In this document: in pieces, positions 14,295-27,420 of the stretch
Layout: each line of letters opens with the position of its first letter
Position numbering within the stretch: position 1 is the stretch's first letter
Source: Rotaria socialis
Taxonomy: Eukaryota
Assembly (NCBI GenBank): GCA_905331295.1
Contig: CAJNYD010000014.1
Span: 124,001-188,000 of the forward strand
Reading direction: 5' to 3'
Length of the DNA stretch: 64,000 bases
Translations under genes and position numbers: made by a program
Notes under the pieces: model-generated
What the model saw: the letters and a program-made list of their open reading frames with translations, nothing else
The model's database searches: none
Told to the model about the DNA's origin: nothing

Positions 14295-14672
14295 ATGTCG
14301 ACATCATCGAAAGCTGCTGATATTCTTCTTGAAGCTGGCAGTTCTTTTAAGCGCATAGCTGACTTGACTATGGAGTTAGTCGATCCAAATGCATCCAATC
14401 GTTTATCAAGTTCAACGTCGTCAGCATCGCAAAAAACTCCTATTGATTCAACTGAATTGAAACGTCTTCGTGATGCAATCACTCGATTCTCATCTGATCT
14501 TGATGCTATTTCTCAACGTATTCATACAAATCGTGAAGCTGCTACAGCACCGCAAGAAGTTGAAAGATTAATGAGTTTAAATTTAACTGAAAATAACAAT
14601 GAACAACAAATACAAAACGAAGACACCTCTGTCTCTAATGATAATCAAGCAGCTGTACCTATGACTGCTTAA
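14295..14672 (+). CDS. BAP18: BAP18 (C17orf49)-like chromatin complex subunit
   Basis: MSTSSKAADILLEAGSSFKRIADLTMEL and ELKRLRDAITRFSSDLDAISQRI match the two BAP18 blocks as I recall them (KVGEIFSAAGAAFTKLGELTMQL; EIEMLRAAVKRFGDDLNHIS). Confidence 0.8.
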   Translation: MSTSSKAADILLEAGSSFKRIADLTMELVDPNASNRLSSSTSSASQKTPIDSTELKRLRDAITRFSSDLDAISQRIHTNREAATAPQEVERLMSLNLTENNNEQQIQNEDTSVSNDNQAAVPMTA

Positions 14673-15248
14673 ATATTTCCATTCTGTTTATTTTCTGTCT
14701 AATATGTTGTTTACAAAAAAAAAAACATTAAATTGATGTTTGTACATTTATATCCTATTTTGATTTTTGGATCAGCAAGCTTGATATGACGAACTGTTTG
14801 TTTTTAGAAAATCACAAAGCTTTAAACTTCCGGAAGAATATTTCTAGAAAGTGTTTGATAGTCTTATCTTGTACTGAACGTAATTAAACGTTTGTTTCTC
14901 GGCCTATAAATCTAGTACTTGAGTCATATACCGACGAGAAAACGTTTTTGGTGAATTAAGAATTTATTCTTCTGGTAGTTAACTGAAAGATATAAGTTTT
15001 AATTAATAGCGATTGAACGGAAGACGATGAATTACAAAAAAATTCATTAGTATAAAATGGAGAAATTTTTTTTATTAATAAATAATCTTCAACTTGATAT
15101 CTATCGCCAACGTATTGAAACTCATATAAAAGGTCGGATAAGAAATAATGGGAACTGTAAAGAAGTGCTAAGTTCAAGTAATCTGGGCGTCTATTCGGAT
15201 ATTTTGCAGTTCAAAAACAATAAGAACTAAATTAACTTTCATTTTAGA

Positions 15249-17113
15249 ATGGATAGTTCGCGTTCATCTTTACCTAATGTTGATCGAGCTAATTCGACAC
15301 TATTTAAACGTTATCTTGAAGAACAACATAAATCAGTAGTTAAATCGAATGATTATCAACATATACCACTTCCTATTAATTCAACAATACAAATAACACA
15401 TACCCATCGACAACATCAAGGCACTTATATATCGAAACCTAATGATAGTAATAATCATACAGTTACAGCTAGCCGAAAATATTCCAATGGACGAAAATCA
15501 TCAGTTGATATATCTAGACAACGTTCATCTCATACAAGTCGATTTATGAAACGTTTCCAACGTCAACATAAAAGTCGAGATACAGTAACAAATGTACAAA
15601 AACGAGGTTAGTAAATCAGAATAAAAACTTCTAAGCGTTTCTATATTTCGAAATTGATTATGTTTAGATGCAAGACCACGCTTTGAATTTCATGATATTT
15701 CGTCAACAACCAAACAAACTCGAAATGATCAAAAAACGAATTGTACATGTGTTACTTTATCTGATGTAAATGGACCCAATGATCCTCATCATCATCTCCA
15801 TCATTCTTCTCCGATCAAACGTATGTCAGTACCACGTCTTTCATTGAATGAACGTTTTCATTCGTCTTCACAACATCGACGGCAGCCAACAATAATACCA
15901 TCATCATCATCATCACCATCTAAGCCTCTTCAAGCATCATTACCAATGTTACCACCAATAACAGATAAACCTATAGAGCCTAGTAATTTTATTGAATTAT
16001 AAATATAAAGAAGAAAAATAAGTGATCTTTCTTTTCTATTAGAATCTGTTCCAAATCTATTGCATCCAATCGAACAAAATTTGCCTTCATCACCGTCCAT
16101 TGAACCAGTAACACCTATAAATACTGAGACTGATACATTATTTCTTCTTGACTCTCCAACAGCAAATTTACCAAACGAATATTGGCCTATGATTAACGAT
16201 TATTTAGAAGAATTGTCAGTGGAAATGAGTGATAACATCGATGATGATATTCTTGTAGAAATTGAAGAATCGCTTGCACAACGTATTTATGATTGTATTA
16301 TTGAACAAGATGATGAATTTGAATATGATACTAAATCTTATTCAACAACAACCAATGATTCATCTGCTTTATCAGCACCACCATCACAACAACCAAAATC
16401 GAATAATTTTGTTTCTCATGAATCAAATAATATACCAGCATCACCTATATGTACAACTGCTAGAAAAAAATGTAAAATAAAATCTTTCATTGTTTTTATT
16501 TTAAACAACGTTAAATCAATTTAGATTTTCAACCCATTTGCGAACAACCACCAACACCATTTAACGATCTTCTCGACCGGCGTTAGATATAATTTATTTC
16601 TAAAAAGTTTTAATTCTTGTGTTTTGTTTTAGATCAACATTCAACGCCATTCAATCCTGTATCGAATCAGATACAAAATGGTATTTTTATTTTATTTCAC
16701 TATAAAATACGATGTCTATTTTGATTTTAGATATTCGATCGCCATTTGTTCAATCTTTGTTTGAGCCAGTAAATCTTTTACGAACAGTTACAACTAGTGA
16801 TAATGATGATTTTAATTTTTTTCCTTCATCACTTTCATTTGAAAATCATCAAAATTTAAACACAGACTTTAAAGTGTTTCAACAACAAGAAAATCAATCT
16901 AAAAATGAATTGTCAACAAAATCTCAGCAGCATCATTCATTACCATTTTTAAATCATCTTCTTCCGCCTCGACCAACTCCAATTGATAGTAATATTTCTT
17001 CAGCATTTAAACCTATTGAACCAGCTAATACACGATCGACAACATCATTTGCATTGAAACGACCTCAAGCTATTAATAGTTCAATTGGAACAAATTGGTT
17101 CGGGCAAAGTTAA
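15249..17113 (+). CDS. Unknown multi-exon Ser/Pro/His-rich protein, probably largely disordered
   Basis: Consecutive open frames (15249-15607, ~15670-15982, ~16043-16471, two short exons, ~16731-17113) separated by ~55-65 nt GT-AG introns. No recognisable domain. Confidence 0.65.
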
Positions 17114-19112
17114 GATAGATCAAAACAGTGTCGAGATATAATTCTTTCTCATGTGGTCAGATGATTATATTTTTTATATTTGTTTGTTTTTCTTTTCTTT
17201 TCTTTTTGTTACACTTTACTTTGTTTTTTCTTTCTTTCTCTTGGTCATCGGTTACTATACTCTACTTGATACCAATTATGAATAAATACAATAATAGTAA
17301 AATTTCTGCATTGTCATCTGATATCTATCGTAGATATGAAGAATTTGAATCAATCAGTCTATTTTCGATCACTTGTGGCATTCATTTTATAATGAATTCG
17401 GTTCATTTGCAGTTTGACTCGAGGATTCGCTCAAAATTATTGACTATCGGGTTCTTATTTAGAGCTTACTTTGCGAATTAAAGTTGAGATAAAGATAAAC
17501 GTTCTTAAATAATTAGTTTCTTACTGTTTCAACATATCTCAAAACAAATGCATCTCTACTTCAGTAGGTTTCTCATCTGATATAAATATTGTTGTAGTAT
17601 GGGGAAAGTCAATATGAGTCAAGCATATATGATTTTGTTTAATAAGGAATTCTTAACCATGGAACTATACAATATAAAGTTGCAACAAAGTAATTTTGTA
17701 TGGCAAAAGAAAGAATTCAAATGTTTCATGAAACTCTTTATGTGCATGACTTCTAGCCATTAAAAGCTTTAGTACCGCTTATAATTATTGACTTCGAATA
17801 GCCATCTGTAGTATCCTAACTAAGACCTGATAAAAATCACCATGACAAACGTGATCGGATTTAAGTAGATAAGAGGGAATTTAAACTGTTAAAATAGTCA
17901 CAATTCATGTACGTCAGTTTACTGGTTAAATATTTCACCAAATAAATGATTTTGTTTTGTGCGCGAATCACTATCTATGACATATGGGCGTAGATAATTC
18001 TTATCAAAATATAATTTTGATGCTTCAGGAAACCGCCGCCGAAATAAGGCCAACTTTTCAATTTAGAATTCTTTTTCGTCATTTCTATTATCGGATCGAT
18101 ATATTATAACATCGTCAATAATACTAATTAATTCTTTTTTTTATATACTGGAGAACATCTTTATAAATGTAATAAGACTGTCAGAGCTTTAGTTTAACAT
18201 AACTATTTTAAAGAGCATAACAACAGGCTATCTGAGTTGTGAGATTTTCCTTTAAATTTTATAAATAATACGAAAACTGAGAAGCGTTCTCTTTAATCTT
18301 TATTGTGATACTTTTAATTTTTGAATGAACGTCGTAGGTGCGTGAGAAGGCAACCTCAAATTTTATCCGAATTGTAAGTCTTTCGAAATAGTGTTGTCGA
18401 AAAATAACGTCAACGCGCTTTGTTCGTATTTGAAAAGTCCCGTTGAGCGTTTTTACGAACAAATTTGTCGTTCTATTTCATCTATTGAACTGTGAAATAG
18501 ACTGAAGGCACTTTGTGACTTTGAATTCAACATCTAGATATGAGACAATTGCATAAAACTATTGAATAAATATCAACAATATATTCTTGGTAGAGATTTT
18601 TCTATTATGTTCCTTGATTAGTAATGGCATAGAAAATAAAAGTATTCGAGATCTCTTTATCAGTTTGCTCAACTCGATCTAATACTTCTGTTCTTAGTAA
18701 AAAGTCTTTTCAAAATGAGACGCTTTCCGATTGAAATCGACTAATTCACTTTTACCATAATTGACTTCAATCCAATATGCTTCTTTCCTTGTGTACCATT
18801 GTTTAACAAAAACAAAGAATCATCTTCTTAATTTTAAGTTTCAAAATTCTTTTTTTTTTGCTTCATTATGAATGAATTATCTTCAATAAAGAAGATACGA
18901 CAAGAAAAAACAGCGAGCATAGTTTGAATGAATACAAAACAAAATGTTAATGTCTACATGCGAATTTATCTTCACTATTTGAAGATAAATACAAACGGGT
19001 AACATCATGTAGCATTGAAACATAACAAGAAAAGCATTCGGTACGCAAAAAAAGGAAAACAAAAAAAAGACCAACTGCAAGTTCTTTGTGGTTAATTTTT
19101 TAATTTTTCTGT

Positions 19113-22100
19113 TTATTCAGCAGCTACCGGCGTTGCTCGCTTAGTTTGATAAGCAACTTTCAATTGCGTATTTTTAATTGTTAGTGATGGTCCAAGTTTA
19201 ATAGCAGCAGCAGCTGAATTATCATCGGAAAATGTGACAAAAGCAAAACCAGGTCGAACACCTTTATTTTTGGCTTTAGCTGCAAATAATTCAACTTTAG
19301 ATGCTTTTGGAAAGAGAGCTTTAACATCATCTTCAATAACATGTTCGGGTAATTGACCAACGTAAATTGAATTAGTTGAAAGCTGTGTTTCTAAAATATA
19401 AAAGTCTTTTACTAGAGAAAAGAGATTTAAAAGTTGATTTTTTATGCATACCAGCTTTAGCTTTCTCTTTTTTATTTGTTTTTTCACTTAGTGGACTTTG
19501 TTTTTTGTCATTTTTTTCTTGTTTTCCATTCTTTTCTTGTTTACTATTTCCATTTGCTGGCTTTTGTTCTTGTTTTTTATTTGATTCATTATTTGCTTTA
19601 TTTTGTTGTTTATTTCCGGGTGCAAATGCATAGGAAACGTTAACTGGAGCACCACCAATCTGTGTGTGAGCTTTTAATGCATCGGCACAGTCAGCTTCGT
19701 TTTCAAATGTAACGAAAGCGAATCTAAATGAAGAAGCAAAAACAAAAACTTTTATTCAAAAAGACAAATGTAAATATATAAAATAAACATACTGAATCAA
19801 TTTATTATTTGGACCAACTTTACGTTTTTGCATTTTAACTAATTTCGCTTTTGGATAAAGTGATTTCATGTCTGATACACTAACACTTTCTTTTATTGAA
19901 TTAATAAATAGCTGTGTTTTATTGAGTGGTTTATCAGCAGCTGGTGTTTTGGGAGTTTCTTGTTTTTTAGGTGCTTCTTTGGATTTAGGTGTTTCTTGTT
20001 TTGTAATTTGTGCTGCTTTGGTTGGAGTAGATGACGGTTTTTGTTTGGTTGGAGTTGGAACTGATGGTGTCTTTTTTAAAGCAGATTTGAGTGGTGCTTT
20101 AGGTGAAGATTCTTCATCATCGTCGTCGTCGTCATCATCCTATTAGGGAGAAAAAAAAAGAATTTGTTTCGAACAAATAAAAATTTATTTTAACTTACGT
20201 CTTCATCGTCATCGTCGTCCTGTTGTAGTAAAAATACAAGATGAGAATAAATTAAAAAAATATTACAAACTCACATCATCTTCGTCATCTTCAACAGCCG
20301 ATGGTTTGGCCGCAGATTTAGTCTGATAATAGAAATGATTATTTTAAGAGAGAAATTTACTCAATTTTGCTTACTTGTTTCGAAGCAGGAGTTGGCTTCG
20401 GTGTTTTTTTTGTAGGTTTTTCATCTTCATCATCGTCGTCGTCGTCGTCGTCGTCATCATCCTTATTAAGAAAATAATTTTGATATAATTAAATCAAGAA
20501 TATGATAAAATATGCTTACGGATTCATCATCGTCTTCAGCAAGTGATGGTTTGGTAGCAAGTTTAGCCTAAAAATTGAAATAATTTTACTGAAAACAAAT
20601 CGATTAATAAATCTTACTTGTTTTCCAGTCATGGGTGATTTACCAACAGGTTTTTTGGGTGTTTCTTCTTCTTCATCATCCTCATCATCATCATCATCAT
20701 CGTCGTCTTCGTCATCATCATCATCATCATCTTCATCAAAATCAAGCTGAAAACAAATAAATTGAAACATGAAATCAAACACTATTATTTGTATAGAATT
20801 CTTACTTCATCATCATCATCATCATCGTCGTCATCATCTTCTTCCTCTTCTTCAACTTTCTTTCCTTTTCCTTTCAAACCAATTTTACCAACCGCTGGTG
20901 TTTCATTCTTGAGTTTTTTTGCTTGAGGACCTAGTAGAATATAATTTGATTTTAACGTTGAAAACTAAGAAAAATAACTAACCTGATTTATCAGCAACAT
21001 CAAGTGAACGTTTTTGGGTTTCAGCTGGTGTTTGTTTTTTTGTAGTTGCTTGATCTGATGGTTTGGTCGGTTTTTTAAGTGAATTATCGATGACAGTTGG
21101 TTTCGTTAATGCTGCTTTGCCTTTATTGTTATTTGCAGCAGCATTTGGTGTTTTTGGTTTTGCTGATGAAGGCGGAGTCTGTTTTGATTTAACTGGACTT
21201 TCTTCTTCTTCATCATCATCATCCTATTGAAAAGCAATTCGAGATCTATTTTAAAAACTCAAACTTAATTGACAACTTACATCATCATCATCTTCGTCAT
21301 CATCGTCTTCATCATCATCATCTTCATCATCGTCTTCTTCTTCGACATTTTTTCCTGCTGATTGTTTTACAGCTTTATCCTTGTAAAATAAAATCGGTTA
21401 GGTCTTTTTTTTTCATTATAAGCATTTTGGACTTACTGATTTTCCTCCAGAAACCATTTTGGCGACTGTTTTTTTAATCTTTTTTTCATCTTCTTCATCT
21501 GATTCTTCATCGTCATCGTCGTCGTCGTCTTCATCATCGTCGTTTTCATCATCATCCTCATCATCTTCGAAGTCCATCTAAATTAATGTAAAAATTGTCG
21601 ATTATGTCAACAGTTGTTTATTTTTCAAAATTAAATACTTACGGATTCTTCATCATCATCGTCTTCGTCATCATCGGAACCGACTGGTTTCTTGCCTTTT
21701 GGTTTGACGCCATCTTTATTTGCCGCTCCTTTAGCACCAAATGAATCACCTTTAAGCTTTTTCGATTTAGGACCTAGATAAAAAAAATATATGGTTTCAA
21801 TAAAATATTCTCGGTTAGATATAAATGAACGAACCTGATTCATCGTCTCCATCGGATGATCGTTTTTGTGGTTCAGCACGTTTATTTTGAAATGCTACTT
21901 TAAGTGGATTGTTTTTAAATGTAGCACCTTGTTTAACAGCTGCTGCGGCTGAGGTATCATCAGGAAATGTAATAAAAGCATGTCTAAAATAGAGTTTAAG
22001 TTTAAAATGAAAAATTTCGATAAGAATAACAAAGCACGAACCCAGGTCGGGGTCCTGCAGCGGGTGTGACATGTACAGTTTTTGCTTTTGGAAAAAGCTT

Positions 22101-22619
22101 TTTGATGTCACTTTCTTGAATATCAGCAGGTAATTGACCGACGTAAATACTATCACTCATGAGTTCACGTGCTAAATAATCGGGAAAATAAAATAAAAAT
22201 ACATAAAAAATTACACTAATGACGACTTACGTTCTGATGGTCTTCCACCGCTTGGTCTGCCGCCACGGCCTCGATCTCCTCCACCACCAAATTTACCGCC
22301 TGGACTACCACCTCGGCTACTACCACGATAACCTCCGCGATCACCTCCACGACTTCCGAAACCACCACCACGATCGCCTCCACGATTTCCGAAACCTCCA
22401 CGACCACCGAAACCACCACCCCGATCACCTCCACGATTTCCGAAACCTACGCTACCACCGCGACCTAACAAAATTGATTATGATTAACTTAGGCAATTTT
22501 AAAATATTCTTCTTACCTCGTCCACCGCCGCGACCACCACTACCGCCTCGACCTCCTCTGAATCCACCACCACCACCACGACCACGACTACCACCTCGTG
22601 AATTTTGTCCGAAAGCCAT
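19113..22619 (-). CDS. Nucleolin-like protein: N-terminal RGG, RRM, long acidic/basic region, two further RRMs
   Basis: Starts MAFGQNSRGGSRGRGGGGGFRGG. RRM motifs SIYVGQLP...HAFITFPDD, FAFVTFENEAD and SIYVGQLP...GFAFVTFSDD. Many poly-Asp/Glu exons alternate with KTP/SP-containing basic spacers. Confidence 0.8.
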
Positions 22620-23902
22620 AACCAAATTATTAATAACAGATGACGATTAATCTATAATACAGACGAAAAGGAGAATTTAATGGGCGATCCAATTTGGGCC
22701 AGAGAAAAAGAACTCAAGTACACTTATGGTATTTCAAAGTACATGGAAAAAAGAATAATATGGTTAGTGTTTTTTTTAATCAATTGAGAATTTTTGCAAT
22801 GAAATTATATTGTGTTTTATAATCTCATTTCATTCGAAATTATGAAAGAAAAGAGTTTAAAGTAATTCAATCGAATCGATGAACTTATTAATATTTTTAC
22901 AACAGTGAGACAATTATATGAGTCTACTAATTAATATAAATCAATAATGAGTTCATCAACAGAAAAATTATTTCATTCGAAAAAAAACTTGAGGTTCTCT
23001 TTGCGATTGATACATTTTAATTGAAATCAGAAATAATTTTTGTACAAATTAATTACACAATACGACACTATCACGAGAAAGGGTGTGCACAATTAAAATG
23101 AATGATAGAGAAAAATTAAGATATATCCAGTATAATTGCAGCCATCGATTGACGAAGAAAACATGTGAACATTAAGAAAGTATTGAAAAGTTTAAGTGCG
23201 GAAAAGTCTATCGTAAATCTTGATAAAGTACAAACAACCAGTAAAAATCAAAGAAACCTTCACTCGTAGTACAATTGTTCATGTGTAACAAAAGACTTGA
23301 AAGGATATCTCTCTTAGATTTTCTCATGAAATAAGTCAAAAACTTAGAGAGTTTTTAGATTTTTTCAAAATTTTTAATAATAAAATATATATGAATTCTA
23401 GATGTCACTAATGTCTAGTAATGAATTATTCATGAGAACTTTAATATATCGCGATCACTCTACTTTTGCGATAATAGACTATTGCAGCATAACATATAAT
23501 CATAAAATAACCTAATAAGCTTACACTTACGTATGCATATCTTTATCTATGTTCATAAACCTTTTTTACTTTTTAAGCTGATTATAACATTATTTTGTTA
23601 TCAAATACACCGTAAATTCACACATGTTCAGTACTCACTTCTGATAGCAGACAGAAGCGGAGCTGATCATTTGTTGTTCAGATTCTTCTCGAGCGATAGT
23701 CACATCTATGGAGACATTTTTCGAATGATTTAGTTAATAGTGTATATAATTTCCTTTTTTAGAAACTGAAGCAATAACTAGTGAGAATTAAATCTAATAT
23801 CTGTTAAATATTTTATTTTACTGCATTTATTTTACAGTGAAAAATCTATTTATTTTTATCTGACTCATTGTATACAAACGACCAAACAATAAATAATTGA
23901 AA

Positions 23903-26600
23903 TTATTGATTGTTTCTATTGATTGAGCGATATCTATTTGATGTTGAATGAAGTAATTCTTGAGCAACTTTGTGAATGATTTCATGTCCATTTCCGCCCA
24001 AATCATCCTCATCATCGCCATCATCATCATCATCATCATCGTCCGATAAATAACCAATGATAAATCGCACCTTACCAGATGGTTGATCATCATCTTGTCG
24101 TACTTCAGGCTGAGCATAATATTCTGGAATGCTTTCAAATTGCTTTTCCATGTCTATCTGACTCTCTACAGATTTATCATTATTATTTGACATTAGCATT
24201 GAATCATTTAAAACTGCATTTTCAGCATATTCTTCCTCGAGCAAATGTTTACGAGCATATACTCTTTGATATCGATCAACAAGTACAGAGACAAGCATTG
24301 ATACAACTGATACACCATAAATAGCAGCTAAACATGCTAGGCCACGTCCAAGTGGTGTCACGGGAGTTATATCGCCATATCTTAAAAGAATGAGAAAAAG
24401 AAAAATTAATAAAGAAAATTCGAAAAATCTCAGATTTTCATTAACTACCCGACAGCCGTTAGTGTAATAATACCGTAGTAAGTTGCTGTAGGTATTGAGT
24501 CAAAAACCTGTGAATTTTTATCATGTTCAGCAAAATAAATAGCTGCTCCAAATAAAAATCCACTTAGCGATAAGAAAGATAATAATATTATAAAATCTGG
24601 TATTGATTCTTTCAATGTACTACCGAGTACACGTAATGATTTGATATGTTGAAATATACGATAAAGTTTGAATACACGAATGAAGCGAAACATTCGTAAA
24701 ATATTTAATTGAGAATAAGTTGCTGGCATACATAATGTTCCGTGATTACCAAGAAGAAAAATTGCTAATGAGATATAATCCGTAACTAGATTAATTTTAA
24801 AACAAAACAAAATAAAGAAAAGAGATTAAATGTAATTTACCAAGTGCAAGGAAGTCGATCCAATTAGGTATTGATTTAATAAAATTAAGGAAAGATGGAC
24901 AAGATATCAAACGTAGAACGAATTCAACGGTAAAAAATCCAATACAAATTAATTGAATTATACATAATGGTGAGTGAAAATTTGGAAGACATGGACAGCG
25001 TGTTGTATTACTATTATCAACAAGTAATGAACCTATAGCAACGTAAAATATATAACACTAAAATATTCTAGCACAAAATTTCTCTGGATATCATTAGTTC
25101 TCAAAATATGAATCCTATCCAGTATAGAAACAATAAAAAATTTATTCTATCTGACACTGCCAGTCGGAAGTTTTTAGAAAAGGATACAAAGAATTTCAAA
25201 AAAGAAATCTTTAGTAGTGATTGACACATAAATTCAAGTTAGAATAAGCCCGATGTAATTGAAAATGTCGGGAGTCTACCCTGAACTTAACTAGAAATAA
25301 TCAATAATTACAAAAAAAAAGCTTGGATATATATGTAATTGCTCTGCTCTATTCAGTGGCAAAAACTTTTTGTAATATTATAATCTCTTGCAAAAATAAA
25401 GCTTTATAAAAGTTCACACTAATTATAATCATGACCATAATGATATACCGTACTATGAATCTGTTTCTAAAAGCCTCACTGACTTGAAATATGGAACTCA
25501 ATACACAAAAATATGATATTTTAATTGATAGATAACTATATTATGCAACTTTTATCACAGAGCGAAGGCATCTAACAGTATACTTCATATGAATAGATTT
25601 ATATTTCTCACCATAACATTGAGCAATGATTAGGAATTGTCTTCCACAAATGTGCACTCTAACGTCTAGAATGCAGAATCTATTTTCTGCTATCCGTTTC
25701 TTTTTTTTAGAAATCATCGTTCAATCCAGCAATAGTAGTCGAATCAACCAATCTAACAACCTTATTCAATGTTTCAATCTCGTATCTTCTAGTTATCAAA
25801 ATACCACCGATGTTAATTTTCGATCGATTATAATCAACTCCAATATTACCTGGCACTGTTTCAAACGCAAGCACAAATGCAGATAATAATATGAAAATAA
25901 CCGAAAAAATATTAATAATTTTTGCCGTCATTGAATATTGTGGATATTCTAAATTAGCCCATACATGACGACAAAATTGATTCTGCGGTAATGTAATCTT
26001 CTGTGCTTCTTCTACATTTTCATCTTTTCGTACTTGTCGAAGTGCATCGACGCCTAAATCGAAAAATGTTATCTCTTCTAAAAATGTATCAAGTGCAACA
26101 TTGTCGGGTCGACGAAGTCGTCCAGATTGATAAAAATAAAGTATCGACTCAAAACATAATCGATGTCGATCAAAGAAATATTCATCACGAATTTTATCAT
26201 AAAAATAAGCTCGACGTTGTACATTTCCAATTAATGTATTTGGATAACGTTCAAGTGTAGATTTGAATGTTTCAAAGCGTAAACCACTAATATTAATTAC
26301 AATACGTGAATCGTTTTGATTATCAGGTTTTCTTCCGTTTTTTGAATTTGTATGATTATAACTTTTACGTCGACGCAAATCAATTATACTTTGAAGATGT
26401 TCAAGTCTTCACAGTATATAAAAAAAAAATAAAAGACTATTTAATAGGAAAGTTCTTCGTTTTTCATATACTTTGATACCGTCTGACCAGTCCATTTGGG
26501 ATTTTTATAAATTGTTTGTATACTAGATCACAAACAAGAAATATCTACTTTATTTTCTCGGCATACAAAAAATTATTTTTTCTTACCTGAATTTTGTCAT
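23903..26600 (-). CDS. Voltage-gated K+ channel, Shaker superfamily (divergent paralogue A)
   Basis: T1 domain RIVINISGLRFET...YPNTLIG...EYFFDRHR, S2 FFTVEFVLR, S3 NWIDFLAL, S4 ILRMFRFIRVFKLYR and pore TLTAVG|YGDITP. The start at 26600 is inferred from two short upstream exons. Confidence 0.9.
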
Positions 26601-27420
26601 GATATTATTAGTCTTTATTCAAATACGAAAAAATTGATATAAAAAATTTTCATTTAAAATAGACATCGTATTGAAATTGATTGAGAAGCTTTTTTTTATT
26701 CATATGAAAGACAAAATAAAGATAAGATGAAAGAAATACATTACTAATCAACCGTAACAAAACTCATTCATTAGTTCAATACCTTGACCTGTTGCAATGA
26801 GCGACTAATATCAATCATTCATTTTGTCGACTGAAATTCATTCGAATACAATACAAATAGACATTAAAATACAACAATCACATGTTACATAAAGAAATGA
26901 ATTCTTAAATATCGTAAATAAAAATAAGTTTTTTTCTAATTTCCTGTTCTCTATAATTTCATCAGATGTATATGCATGTATTTCTTTGAATTTTTCATAT
27001 TGAATGACATGTTCGAATGGAATCATGTTCAACTAAAAACACATCTATCACAGATCAACTCGAAAAAGATTGTCTTCTTACCAGTGAATAATCTTGAGTT
27101 GCCATTGTTAGTTTTTTTTTGAAGAAAATTACATGAATTTTTAAATTATTGTATCAAATCAAAAAATGTCCAATGCCTTAGATATTTATTTTCGCTTACA
27201 ATACTCTTATGACCTAAATCCAAAAAAGAAAAAGCATTATTTCATTGGTTCATCAACAATTTACATCTATTCATATCTGAATAAATTTCATAGAAAATAT
27301 CTAACACAGTTTCTTCATTATTTATTATTTAAAAAAAAGATCATGCAAGCGCAGAAATCTGTCATAAAAAACCAAATCCAGATTAAATAAAAACACACAG
27401 AATAAGACACGTGGAATTTT

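Noticed and set aside
22041..22050. CCCAGGTCGG resembling the MITE terminus
   Set aside because: It lies at a coding exon/donor junction of the nucleolin-like gene (RPG|gttcgt) with no partner end, so it is coincidental.
22216..22650. Overlapping His/Pro-rich and Val-rich ORFs
   Set aside because: These are alternative-frame and antisense shadows of the RGG-coding exons.
25707..25850. Apparent C-terminal extension and stop of the Kv T1 ORF, suggesting truncation
   Set aside because: This is read-through past the CCAG|GTAAT donor. Splicing to the acceptor at ~25035 restores S2-S6.
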